A DNA stretch of 64,000 nucleotides from Somniosus microcephalus (taxonomy: Eukaryota): NCBI GenBank assembly GCA_052327205.1, contig CM126218.1, positions 44,578,001-44,642,000 on the forward strand, given 5' to 3'. Below, piece by piece: positions 25,745 through 37,923 of the stretch; position 1 is the first letter of the stretch; every line of letters starts with the position of its first letter. The notes under the pieces are model-generated. The model was not told the origin of the DNA. It saw only the letters and a list, made by a program, of their open reading frames with translations, and searched no databases. A program made the position numbers and the translations under genes.

Positions 25745-26240
25745 CACAGCTGCCTTGTTCTGTCGCACAGTAAGACCTGCTCAGCCAACACTCCCGTCTT
25801 CGCTGACATACACTGACTCCCTGTCTCCAAACATATTCAACTTAAAATCTTCATCCTGAAGTCCTTCCATGACCTAGCTCCTCCGTACCTCTGCAAACTC
25901 ACCCAAACTCACATCTCCAGTACTCTTTGGTCTTCTGACTCCAGCCTTCAATGCACCCTCTCCCCCTTTATTGTACCAGTGGTGGCAGAGACTTCAGCTG
26001 CCTTAGCCCTACTCTCTGGAACTCCCTCCATAAACCCCTTTGTTTGCCTACACTTATGTCCTCCTTTAAAAAAACCTTCTCAAAATCTATCTTTGCAACC
26101 TAGCCTTCATTCACCTCTCTTCAGCCTCTCCCATTGCTCGTCAACCGTACCTCTTGTGATTTCTCTGCCAATCACCTTGGGACATTTGTACGTTAAAGAT
26201 GCTATAATAAATGCACGTTGTTTTTATTGCTGCTGCTGAT
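25745..26240 (+). mobile_element. Old L2 LINE 3' fragment
   Basis: Similar to 57600-58215; tail gatgctataataaatgcacgttg. Confidence 0.7.
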
Positions 26241-26305
26241 AATGCTGCTGTTGCAAGGCTCCCCCTCCCTGCAGATTTGGTGTATATGCGGAATAGACTG
26301 TGAAT

Positions 26306-26833
26306 GGCCTGGAATTTGCAGCGGGTAATTATGGCGAACTAACAGCTTTTGCTGGCCGCCACTTCAGGATGCAGCACATGCCCATCTAAATGCAGAAATC
26401 CTGAAGCTGCAGTCAGTCATTCACTGCTCCGACACTGGCTGCATTGTGGCCCCCTCCCTCCCAGCCAGCAATCAGTGAAACTGACAGAAACTTGGGCTTT
26501 TCCATGGTAATATCGCTGTTAAATACCCCATTAAATGTTAAATAAAAACAGAAAATGCTGGAAATACTCAGCAGGTCAGGCAGCATCTGCAGAGAGAGAA
26601 ACAGAGTTAACGTTTCAGGTCGATGACCCTCCGTCAGATCATTAAATGTTAATCCACAGCGTAATGACTGCTAAACAAACGTTATGGCTCTGAAAAACTA
26701 ATTTTTATATTTGTGGCGTGTCAAATTTCTCCATTATGATAAAAATGACAATTTTTAAAAGACTTTGTGGGCAACTTTCTTCGGAGCCAGCGGCAAGCAC
26801 CTTTGCTTCACCGCTGACCGCAAATTCCGGGCC
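26306..26833. mobile_element. Harbinger-type MITE hosting a Penelope micro-insertion
   Basis: TIR GGCCTGGAATTTGC / GCAAATTCCGGGCC; TSD AAT (26303-26305 / 26834-26836). Confidence 0.85.
26542..26639 (-). mobile_element. 98-bp Penelope-like 3' fragment with a degenerate hammerhead core
   Basis: 13-bp TSD cattaaatgttaa (26529-26541 / 26640-26652); homologous to 47833-47901 plus 48742-48768. Confidence 0.85.
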
Positions 26834-29144
26834 AATATCTTTAAAAAACAGATGGCCGAATATCTGGACAGGAACATGACTGCGAGCTACAAAGATAAAT
26901 GCAGATAACGTTGTGTGAAGCATGATGGTTGCTGAACTTCTGAGACCGTGAAAATATCAAGGAAGTGAAGTTGGCCAGGGTTTTCTGCTTTTGCGATTGC
27001 CAGCGTGCAGTTTTCTATCAATTAAAAGGAAGTGTTAGAAAATCACAGGCTCGTGAATGCGCAAGTACAAGGCACCTGCCATGGTCTCGGATATTTATTG
27101 TGGGATATAAGATTGGATACCTATTATGGAATTTTGCTTGATTTACCTCAAGGGTAGGGAAGAGGAAGAAGCTTTGCGGATTATTTTGTCAGGAGATGTA
27201 ATGAGCTGGGAAGTGTCCATGACTGAGCAGATCGTATTTCGGTCTTGTGGAAGAAATGAGATTAAAGGTCCAAACGGCCTTTCTACATTCTGCATTTCTT
27301 TATGTTTTAATAGTCTATATAAAGACTGTCAAGAAAACATATCCTTGGGAATTAACCAGGTTGAATACAGGTCTTATACTTGCCATGTATGGGTTAACAC
27401 GCACAAGCATAACACTTGACCCACTAATTGCAGTATATTGTTCATGAGAGAGCACATGGGATACTCATCGCATTCTCCTGTCTCTCCTGAAAGGCGGAAA
27501 GTGTTATAATATCAGATGAATATGTATAGGCTAAAAATATTAGAAGAACTGATGTGACAGCTCTTTTTTATGATTAGAAACTGTACGGCAGTGCAACAGG
27601 TTCCTGAATATTGTTTACATAGCTAGTGGTACATTGTAGACAATGCGTAGCACCAGCCAGGTAAGACCACCATTCTCGGGTAGACTTATGACTGATGATG
27701 CAGTTGACAGTAAGTGGTGTATACAAAAAAAATATATTGAGAAAGATCAGACCAACATCAAATATGTAGTTAACCATGGCAGTGGACACTAGGCTGAGGA
27801 CAAATGATGACTCCATCATTACAGGCATCACTTACCGTATGAGACACACATCCATGTGAGTAGTTAGTGCAACAATTTTTTTCCTTTTGCACTAATTGCC
27901 ATTTGTGACCAAATTACCTGGGTCCAGCAATCAACGTAAAAGTGGAATTTATTAACTTCATTGTCAGATAATAAAAAGCTGGGCAAGAAATATCATGAGT
28001 TAATCTTAGTACTCCAGAGTAAAAAAATATATTTCCAACATGGCAATCAACTGAAAAAATGTGAGCGTGGGAAAGAAAAGAGAAAATTGGCAAAATGGAA
28101 GTAAGTTTGGTTAGCCAAAAACAGAGAGGCTACGGTATGTGCCAAGAACTTCAGTTACGATCAAATTATCCTTTTGTCCAAAATGAAAAGTTACCACGTA
28201 GTGTACACTAACCCCTCACTGTCAAGTCAGAAATAAAAAAAAGTGTGTAACTGAATATTTGCCTAATTTGTGACATTAGGTTGCTTGTGTTCTTGTGGAA
28301 AAAGTGCATTGAAAAAGATCATTTTTGTTTGTGCTTATCAAGTGTCAAATGTCATTAATAGAGATTATAATTCTACCTAACTTGATGCATCCAGTGTCAG
28401 TATCGAGCACTCCCGAGTTAGGTTTTGGTAAAGGTTAGATGCACAAGGTAACCTTCGCAGCTGCACTCAAACAAGTGAACTTAAAACCAACCACAGATGA
28501 ACACCACCCAAATGACATTTCTTTTTCATACACCCTCACGAACTCACTGACTGAGACTGCTAATTAGCGGCCAATTGTGGGAAATTTTCTATTATAGAGT
28601 TGCAGCCAATCGGACCTGAACTAAGGCCTTTTACTTTGTCAGGCTGTGCTGCATTGGGATCAAGGCCCTAGAAGTGAAATGGCAGGAAATGAAATGACAT
28701 TTAAGTGGCTCGTTACCTTTTTCAGAAGTATTAAATGCTTGTTATGGAAGGTACAGCCTGATTGATCGACTTCTCATTGTTCGTGGGCACAAATTCTTTA
28801 TGTGAGAACTTTCCCACATAAAAGCAGCTTGCATCTGTATTAACAACAGTGGGTCTCTATTTACCCACAACAAAAGGACAAATGAATCATTTTTAATAGA
28901 TAGAGGAAATGGGGCACTGGTTTTGGATGACTGTATACCACTTCAGGATTTGCTCCCACAATTAAGACATCATCCAAATCACTGGGGTTTGTTACAGCTT
29001 TGCAAAACACTCCAATTCACTATTTATATTGTGTACTAGCAAACCTCCCGTGGCATTGCTCATGGTGAGTTGGCACCCATGCTGTTTAATGACAATCGGG
29101 CGATCAATAAAATGTGATGGGAAAAGTATTATAGGAAATAAGTA

Positions 29145-31170
29145 TTACACTTACATTACATATTACATAGGATATACGGCACAGAAACAGGCCATTCAGC
29201 CCAACCAGTCTATGTTGGCGTTTATGCTCCACTTGAGCCTCCTCCCGTCTTTCCTCATCTAACTCTATCAGCATAACCCTCTATTCTCTTCTCCCTCATA
29301 TGCTTATCTAGCCTCCCCTTAAATGCATCTATACATCTCGCGAGTTCCATATTCTCACCACTCTCCGGGTAAAGAAGTTTCTTCTGAATTCCCTATTTGA
29401 TTTCTTGGTGACTATCTTATATTGTTGGCCTCTAGTTTTGCTCTTCCCCACAAATGGAAACACTCTCTCTGTATCTACTCTATCAAAACCTTTCATAATT
29501 TTAAAGACCTCAATTAGGTCACCCCTCAGCCTTCTTTATTCAAGCGAAAAGAGACCCAGTCTATTCATCCTTTCCCGATAGTTATAGTCTTGCAATTCTA
29601 GTATCATCTTTGTAAATCTTCCCTGCACCCTCTCCAGTGCCTCTATATCCTTTTGAAAATATAGTGACCAGAATTGTAAGCAGTACTCCAAGTGTGGTCT
29701 AACCAAGGTTTGATACAAGTTTAGCATAATTTCACTACTTTTCAATTCTATCCCTCTAGAAATAAACCCTAGAGCCTGGTTTGCTTTTTTTTATGGCCTT
29801 GTTAACCTGTGTCACTACTTTTAGTGATTTGTGTATTTGTACTCTGAGATCTCTTTGCTCCTCTACCCCACCTAGACTCACACCCTCCAAGTAATAAGTG
29901 ACCTCCCTATTCTTCCTACCAAAATGTAATACCTCACATTTATCTGTGTTGAATTTCATTTGCCAATTATATGCCTGTAATTTGTTGCAGTCCTCCTCAG
30001 TATTAACTATCCTCCCCAATTTGGTGTCACCCGCAAATTTAGAAATTGTACTTTTGATTCCAAAGCCTAAATCATTAATATAAATTGTGAACAAGTGGTC
30101 CCAGCACTGATCCTTGTGGAACACCACTACCCACCTTCTGCCACTGTGAATAGCTACCCTTTACCCCTACTCTCTGCTTTCTGTCTTGAAGCCAGCTAGC
30201 TATCCATTCTACTACTTGTCCCCTGACTCTGCATTTTCTAGCCTTATTGATTAGTCTATTATGTGGTACCTTATCGAAGGCCTTCTGAAAATGTAGGTAA
30301 ATTACATCTACCGCATTACCCTTGTCTATTCTCTCTGCTAGCTCTTCAAAAAATTCAATGAGGTTGGTCAAGTAAGACTTTCACTTTTGAAATCCATGCT
30401 GACTATTCATTATTATATTTTTGGCTTCTAGATGTTCTTCTATTTTCTCCTTTAGTAGGGATTCCATTATTTTTCCTACCATCAATGTTAAGCTGACTGG
30501 TCTATAGTTCCCTGGACATGTTCTATCTCTCTTCTTAAATATCGGTGTTATGTTAGCTATCCACTAGTTCTCTGACACTGCACCTTTTTCTAATGAATTA
30601 TTAAATATGTGTAGTAATGCCTCTGCTATCTCTTCCCTAGATTCTTTGAAAATGCACGGAAGTAATCCATCCTGACCAAGGTTTTTTTTCCTCTTTGAGT
30701 TGGATTAGTTTATTTAATAGATCTCCTTTTTTTATTTTAAATGCAGTTATTTCATTACTAATCTCATGATCCAACGTCATGTCCACCTATTCTATCTCCC
30801 TGGTAAATACTGAGGCAAAGTAATTATTTAATATTTCTGCCATCTCTCTATCACTGCCTGTGGTATTATCCTGTCCATCCCTCAGCGGCCCTATTCCCAT
30901 CCTCACCTTCCTTTTTTTATTGATGTATCTGTAAAATATTTTACTATTTTGTTTGATGTTCCTTGATAATTTAATTTCATAGTTCATCTTTGCCTTCCTA
31001 TTGTTTTTTTGACTTCTCTCCTAATCTCTTTGTATTTTCTCTTATCATGCTCTCCCCTGCTGTCCATGTACTTAATGCATGCCTCTTTCCTTACCCTCAA
31101 TTTTTCCCTTATGGCTTTATTCATCCATGGAGTCTCATTAGTGTTTAGCTTGTTCTTGTTTTATGCTATA
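29145..31170 (-). mobile_element. Degraded CR1 LINE
   Basis: ORF pieces with YLHFQKAFDKVPH, GVPQGSVLGP and HLEYCLQFW; (ttaca)n tail at 29145-29170. Confidence 0.92.
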
Positions 31171-31541
31171 TACAAGATATTTAACATCTTACTAGTGGCC
31201 TTGCTCTTGATTATTATATGTTTGTTGAAACAGGCTGAGCGGGGTGGGGGGATGGGGTGGTTACAATGCCATCTTTGGAACAAGCAAAAATAACAGTACT
31301 TGTAATATTGTTTGTCAAAGATATCAGTGCTTTTCTTTTGAGGAAGAAAGAATGGTATACATTACCATACTGTTAGCATTACCCATTAATTTTCAATGGA
31401 CTGGAAATGTTAACCATTAATTTAAATTTACTAGGTGTTAGAGAGGGAAGGAAAGATTGGATTAAGAGAGAGAGGAAAAAAAGATAGAAATGGAAAGTAA
31501 GAAAAAATAATGTGCCAGAGTATGTTGCGTTCAGTGTAACA

Positions 31542-31740
31542 CAGCCGTCACAAAGCTCTACGATATCCTCGGAGCTGCGTCTGCAGCCACAGAGAACAAG
31601 CTCAAGAAGGCATATCTCAAGTTGGCTAAGGAATACCATCCAGATTAAAAATCCAAATGCTGGAGACAAATTTAAAGAAATAAGCTTTCCCTATGAAGTT
31701 TTAGCAAATTCAGAGAAGCGAGAACTTTATGACCGTTATG
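31542..31740 (+). pseudogene. DNAJA2: Processed DNAJA2 fragment (J-domain only, 1-nt insertion, no poly(A))
   Basis: Translates [63 protein letters not shown], matching my recollection of vertebrate DNAJA2 (TKLYDILG...[35 protein letters not shown]); flanked by a 29-bp direct repeat. Confidence 0.9.
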
Positions 31741-32527
31741 CCAGAGTATGTTGCGCTCAGTGTAACAACTCAAATCACCTATTAGTTATTATGATTTTTT
31801 TTCCCAAACTGATTTCTAAATGAGGTAGAGCATGAACTTTAGAACCTTTTTTCAGAGAAGGTTTAGCAAGAAAGCAACTTTCAAGTGCTTATTTTTTACT
31901 TTAAGGAGAAGGCTGAGAGAGACAGGGGGAGATGATTTCAGCATCTGCCTTGTTTTTGGTTAATTGGGGACACCAGTAACATTAACCCATCAGTTGTGCA
32001 CAGTGCAAAAAAAAGTCAGTGTAAAATGGACTGCTGATTTGCTATCACCTGTTTTACACAATTGCACAAATTCAAAATTAACCCACAGTCATAGACAAAC
32101 CAATTTTAATTAGTGGCAAGTGTTTTGAATTTAAAAACAATAATTTTTCACAGATTTATTTATGCAGCTGTGATATCTATTTTTAGATCTAGCCGCAGTA
32201 ACACTGTGCTTTAAACTGCATGAAATGAGTCCAGGAGTTGATGACTGGGAATTCCATAAGGCTAATGGGCTCTAAAGCAGTCTCTGATAGGTCGGGAGAG
32301 GCAAGCAAATGTGTGGCAGGGAGGGAGGAGGAGCTTGAAAGCAACTAGGTAAGCTCAAGTTACATTTCTTTAGCTTCCCTCCCTCCCTCTCAATGCTGCT
32401 AGACTCTTGCTCCCTCCACTACACTGATAAACCACGCCCCCCCCAATGCTAGGGACCCCGTGCCCTCATCAAGGCTTCCAACCTAGAGGTTCACCCTCTC
32501 ATGTTTTCCAAACCACAGAATCACAAT

Positions 32528-33250
32528 GGCCCAGATATTCCGTTCCCTACGGGTGTGTATGCGCTGTGTACCCACCCGTAGGGCCATCGGAAATGCCGGT
32601 TTCAGGCATGCATTGCGCATGCGCTGAAAGCCGGCATTTCTGATCTGTCAAGAAAGCTCTTGATAGATCCTCCGGCTGCCCTGGAGAAGGGCCTTTGCGG
32701 GCGGATAGTTCCGCTTTTTGGAGACCCTCCGCCCGCATAAGGCATAAGGCCTGCTTTTACCAGGATAAGAATTCAAAAAAGTAAAAAAAAAAATTTTCAC
32801 TGATTTATCATTTAAAAATACTTTTTTTTAAAAAGTAAGTTTATTTTTAGCCCCGTAAAAAACTTAAATTATTTTTTCAAAAATTTAATTTTTGTTTAAA
32901 ATACTTAATTTATTGTAATTTCAAGTCATTTTAAAAATGTGATTTTTTAAAAATTTACTTAAAGTTTTGCTATGTTTTCTCATTGATCTTCTTTCATGTA
33001 TTTGACAGGTCTTCCTGTCAAATGTATGAAGGGAGATTCCCTTCTGTGATTGGCTCCCCATGGCCCACATGATCCCAGGGATACTGTGAACTACATGCGC
33101 CCCTGGGATACGTGGGCCCTGCACACTTCAAGTTTGGAGAGGCCCAGGAGCGGAAGCTTGTGTGCCCTGGGAGCCCTCAGGTAAGGGTGTAGATTTTTCC
33201 AGATCGCAGGCCTCTGCCCATGGGAGGCCTGCGATCGGAAAATACGGGCC
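32528..33250. mobile_element. Harbinger-type MITE, family C (GC-rich arms, AT-rich core)
   Basis: Ends GGCCCAGATATT / AATACGGGCC; inverted homolog at 54899-55615; TSD not preserved. Confidence 0.8.
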
Positions 33251-35850
33251 GTTATCATTACTAGTACTTCTGCATCCCAGCATCGCCCAACCCATGCATC
33301 CAATGTGTGCTGGGTGCTTGCTAACTATACGGGTTCCTGTCACTACATCCAGCTGGTGTTGGGTGGAGCTGGACAGAACGTAGACATTTGAAAACTTGCC
33401 ACTAATTACAATTGGTTTGTCTATGACTCTCCGGGGGCAATCTTGACTTTGTGCGAACGTGTAAAACACGTGATAGCGAATCGGCAATCTGTTTTACATC
33501 TCTCCCAGTTTTTATTTCCAATTACTTGTTTTATGCATTGTGCACAGCTGATTGGTTAATGTTACTGATGTCTCCAGTGGTAGCCTGTAGCATTAGAGTT
33601 CAAGGCAGTTATTACCTTAACAACCACTGGCAGTGCAGCGCTTGTAGAGGTGATGGGCTGTACGTCAGGTTAAAGTATGCAGCCACCTGTTGTGAAGTGC
33701 AGGACTTTTCCCAGGTCAACTGGCGTTAGGTGTGACTTGGTCTGTATATTTTGCATAGGTGTCATCTGCCTCCTCTGCTGCCTGGCCAGCCTCATCTCAT
33801 TCCATTGCTGCTCTTCTTCTTTTCACAAAAAATCAAAGAAGCCTATGTCACTCCTTCCAGACATAATTTCCATACAGGTGCTTACTGACCTCCAAATTGG
33901 AAACCTTAGCAGGCCTGTCCCTTTAAGTTGCTTGAGGACTTTACATCCTGCAGCAGCATTCAGTTTCTCATCTAATAATGGGCAAACTCTAACCATCCTG
34001 GAGTTCAGCCACATCCTTAAAATTAATATGCATGGGGTCAGTGCCTAATGGGTCGGATGCCATCCAAAATTGTGGTTGAGATTAAGGCCGATCAGAAACT
34101 CAGTGATTTCAGGATTTTTGGGAACATCCTTAAAGTAACACACTTTCACCTCATGCACCACCTTATGCACCACAGGATTTACCAGGATGTAGCATTAGAA
34201 TGGAGAAACAAAGGGCACAAAGGATTGGGAGAGACGGATAGCACTAAAGTAAGAAATAGTAAGGTATTAGGTAGGGTCAGATGAAGAGAGAAGTCTAAGA
34301 GGGATGATCTAAGATAGATTTACAGCGTGTGTATGTGAACGCACGAAGCACAGTAAACAAGGTTGGTGAGCTGCAGGCGCAAATAGCCACATGGGAATAT
34401 GATGTCGTGGCAATGATGGAGACCTGGCTCAAAAAAGGGCAGGGCAGGATTGGGTATTAAATATTCCTGGATATAGGGTGTTCAGGAAAGATAGGGAAGG
34501 AAAGATAGGAGGTGGTGTGGCAGTGTTGGTTAAGGAGAATGTCACCGTGCTGGAGAGAGAGTATGTCCTGGAGGGGTCAAGGACAGAATCTATATGGCTA
34601 GAGTTAAGAAATAATAAAGGTGCCATTACACTACTAGGTGTATTCTATAGACCACCAAATAGTGGGAAAGATATGGAGGAGCAAATTTGCAGAGAAATTA
34701 GAGAGAGATGCAACTATAGAGTAGTGATAATGGGGAACTTCAATTATCCTAATATAGACTGGGATAGTAATAGTGTAAAGGGCAGAGGGTGGAAGAATTT
34801 CTGAAGTGTGTTCAGGAGAATTCCTTGATCAGTACTTTTCCAGCCCGATGAGGAAGGAGGCATTGCTGGATCTGGTTCTGGGGAATGAGGTAGGTCAAGT
34901 GGAGCAAGTGTCAGTAGGTGAACATTTAGGGAACAGTGATCATAGTATCATAAGGTTTAGATGGAAAAGGACAAGGGGCAATCTAGAGTAAAAATAATTA
35001 ATTGGAGGAAGGCCAATTTTTGTGGGATGAGAAGGGATCTGGCCAGGGTAAACTGGAATCAAAGATTGGCAGGCAAAACTGTAATTGAACAATGGGCTGC
35101 CTTGAAAGAAGAAATAGTTCGGGTATAGTCGAGGTACATTCCCACTAGGGGGAAAGGTAGGGCAACTAAAATCAGAGCTCCCTGGATGATGAAAGAGATT
35201 GAGAGTAAGATGAAGCAGAAAAAGATGTATGATAGATGTCAGGTCGAGAATACATCTGAGAATCAGGCTAAATATAGAAAATTCAGAGGTGAAGTGAAAA
35301 ATAAAATAAGAGGGGCAAAGAGAGAGTATGAGAATAGAATGACAGCTAACATAAAAGGTAATCCAAAAGCCTTCTATAGGCATATAAATAGTAAACAGGT
35401 AGTAAGTGGAGGGGTGGGGCCGATTAGGGACCAAAAAGGAGACCTATGCATGGAGGCAGAGGGTATGGCTGAGGTACTAAATGAGTACTTTGCATCTGTC
35501 TTCACCAACAAAGAAGATGCTGCCATAGGCATAGAGAAGGAGGAGGTAGAGGAGATACTGAATGGGATAAAAATTGATAAAGACGAGATACTAGAAAGGC
35601 TGGCTGTACTTAAAGTAGATAAGTCACCAGGACCAGATAGGATTCATCCTAGGACGCTGAGGGAAGTGAAGGAAGAAATCGCGGAGGTATTGGCCATAAT
35701 CTTCAAATCCTCCTTAGAAACGGGGGTGGTGCCAGAGGACTGGAGAATTGCAAATGTTACACCCTTGTTCAAAAAAGGGTGTAAGGATAAACCCAGCAAC
35801 TACAGGCCAGTCAGTTTAGCCTCGGTAGTGGGGAAGCTTTTAAAAACAAT

Positions 35851-36660
35851 GGGGGCAATTTTGTCAATGGGCGCGCGTTGGAGGCGGGAATGCTGTTGGG
35901 TTTTAGTCCCGCCTCCATCGACTCCTGGCCAACCCACGCTATTTCCCTTGATTACCTTGTTAATCCCGCCCAGCAGGCTTAACAGGCCAATTAAGGGAAA
36001 GCTGGTTACAGAGAACGTCAGCCTATGACGTTTCATCTGACAAAAATTTTTGACAGCTGAATTGTCATCGTTTGACAGCTCTGACGTTGTCAAGCACTGA
36101 CATTCTATGTTGTTTGATGAGTCCTTGTATTCAATACTCTTTTGTGAGCAGAAATTAGATGGTTGTTGTATTGGAGAATGCAGCAGCCATCTGTCATCTC
36201 TGCCAGTGAGATGCGAGACTCTCCGCACCCCCAACTGTTGAAGCCTGCAGGAAGAAACAAAGGTAAGTAAACATTTTCTATCACTTTCCACTCACCTCAC
36301 ATAATTACCTCTCCACACTTGAACCCATCACTTACCTTCACAGCACACTTTTTCACCCCCGACCCCCGCAGACCCACTGCTCGCCTTGATGACTTGCGGG
36401 GTTCGCAGCCTTTGGGAAGCCCGCACTTGTGTGGGTAAAGTGGGGATAATCCTCTTATCTTCCTGTTAATTACCTGTTAACAGGCAGTTAAGTGGCTGTA
36501 ATCCCCTTCTCACCTCCAGGAGACGGGACCTGGCGCGGGTTGGCTACCCGCCTCCCGGAAGCTGGCATGGAGGCGGGTTGGGGGTGGGATGGGCACCCGA
36601 CCCCAGATTCTGCCATTTTTCCAGCAGACCCGCCTCCCCAGGGCTGGCAAGATCACGCCC
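35851..36660. mobile_element. Harbinger-type MITE, family B-related (inverted), inside CR1
   Basis: Ends GGGGGCAATTTT / AAGATCACGCCC; TSD AAT/ATT; CR1 sequence continues across it. Confidence 0.85.
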
Positions 36661-37923
36661 ATTAATCAGGGACAAAAATTAAGTCTCTTGGACAAGTGTG
36701 GATTAATTAAGGAAAGCCAGCATGGATTTGTTAAAGGCAAATCATGTCTAACTAACTTGATTGAGTTTTTTGATGAGGTAACAGAGAGGGTTGATGAGGG
36801 TAATGTGGTTGATGTAGTGTGCATGGATTTCCAAAAGGTGTTCGACAAAGTGCCACATAATAGGCTTGCCAGCAAAGCTGAAGCCCATGGAATAAAAGGG
36901 GCAGTGACAGCCTGGATACAAAAATGTCTAAGTGACAGGAAACAGAGAGTAGTTTTGAACAGTTGTTTATCGGACTGGATGAAGGTGCACAGTGGTGTTC
37001 CCCAGGGGTCAGTTCTAGGGCCACTGCTTTTCATGATATATATTAATGACTGGATGTGGGTGTACAGAGCACAATTTCAAAATTTATAGATGACACAAAA
37101 CTTGGAAGTATAGTGAACAGTGAGGAGGATAGTGATAGACTTCAAGAGGACATAGACAGGCTGGTGGAATGGGCGGACACGTGGCAAATGAAATTTAACG
37201 TAGAAAAGTGTGAATTGATACATTTTGGTAGAAAGAATGAGGAGAGGAAATATAAACTAAAGGGTACAGTCTTAAAGGGGGTGCATGAACAGAGGGACCT
37301 AGGGGTATATGTGCACAAATCGTTGAAGGTTGCAGTGCAGATTGAGAAAGCAGTTAAAAAAGCTTACAGGATCCTGGGTTTCATGAATAGAGGTATAGGC
37401 CTCGATTTTCGGCTTGTGTGTGGAATGGTCGGGTTTCCCCGAATGTGGGGTTTCTGACACACATAAAAAAGTGTCAGCCAGCTCCATGCAATTTTCCCTC
37501 AAGTGGCCAATTAATTCCCAGCATGTGGGAAGCCTTGCTAATTGTCCAATTTGAGTCAGAAATCACCACAGTATGATGTCATCATTTGTGGTGCTTTCAA
37601 GGTCCATAGCAAGCACTGCATCCTCTGAAGGCTTCCAAACGAACCATCCGGGATGTTGTGTCCATGTGTTAATAGAGACACTGAAGACAGGAGTTGGTTT
37701 CACAGGTGTTTACTAAACAAAGTCTGGAGGGGAACTAACTGATACAACACAATATACAGGCTTATATAGCCCAAGTGGCCATTACCGGCATTACAGTACA
37801 CAGGGGGCTCTTAAAGGCACATACACTACAATTCCGCCCCTTTTAGCCAACCAGTACATAATATTTTAAGTAATCATTAATTACATGTTACAAGAAAAAT
37901 AATCTACACATTGCTGCAGTTAA

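Noticed and set aside
31512-31823. Functional DNAJA2 gene or exon
   Set aside because: Frameshift after HPD, no start codon, no splice sites, bounded by a direct repeat
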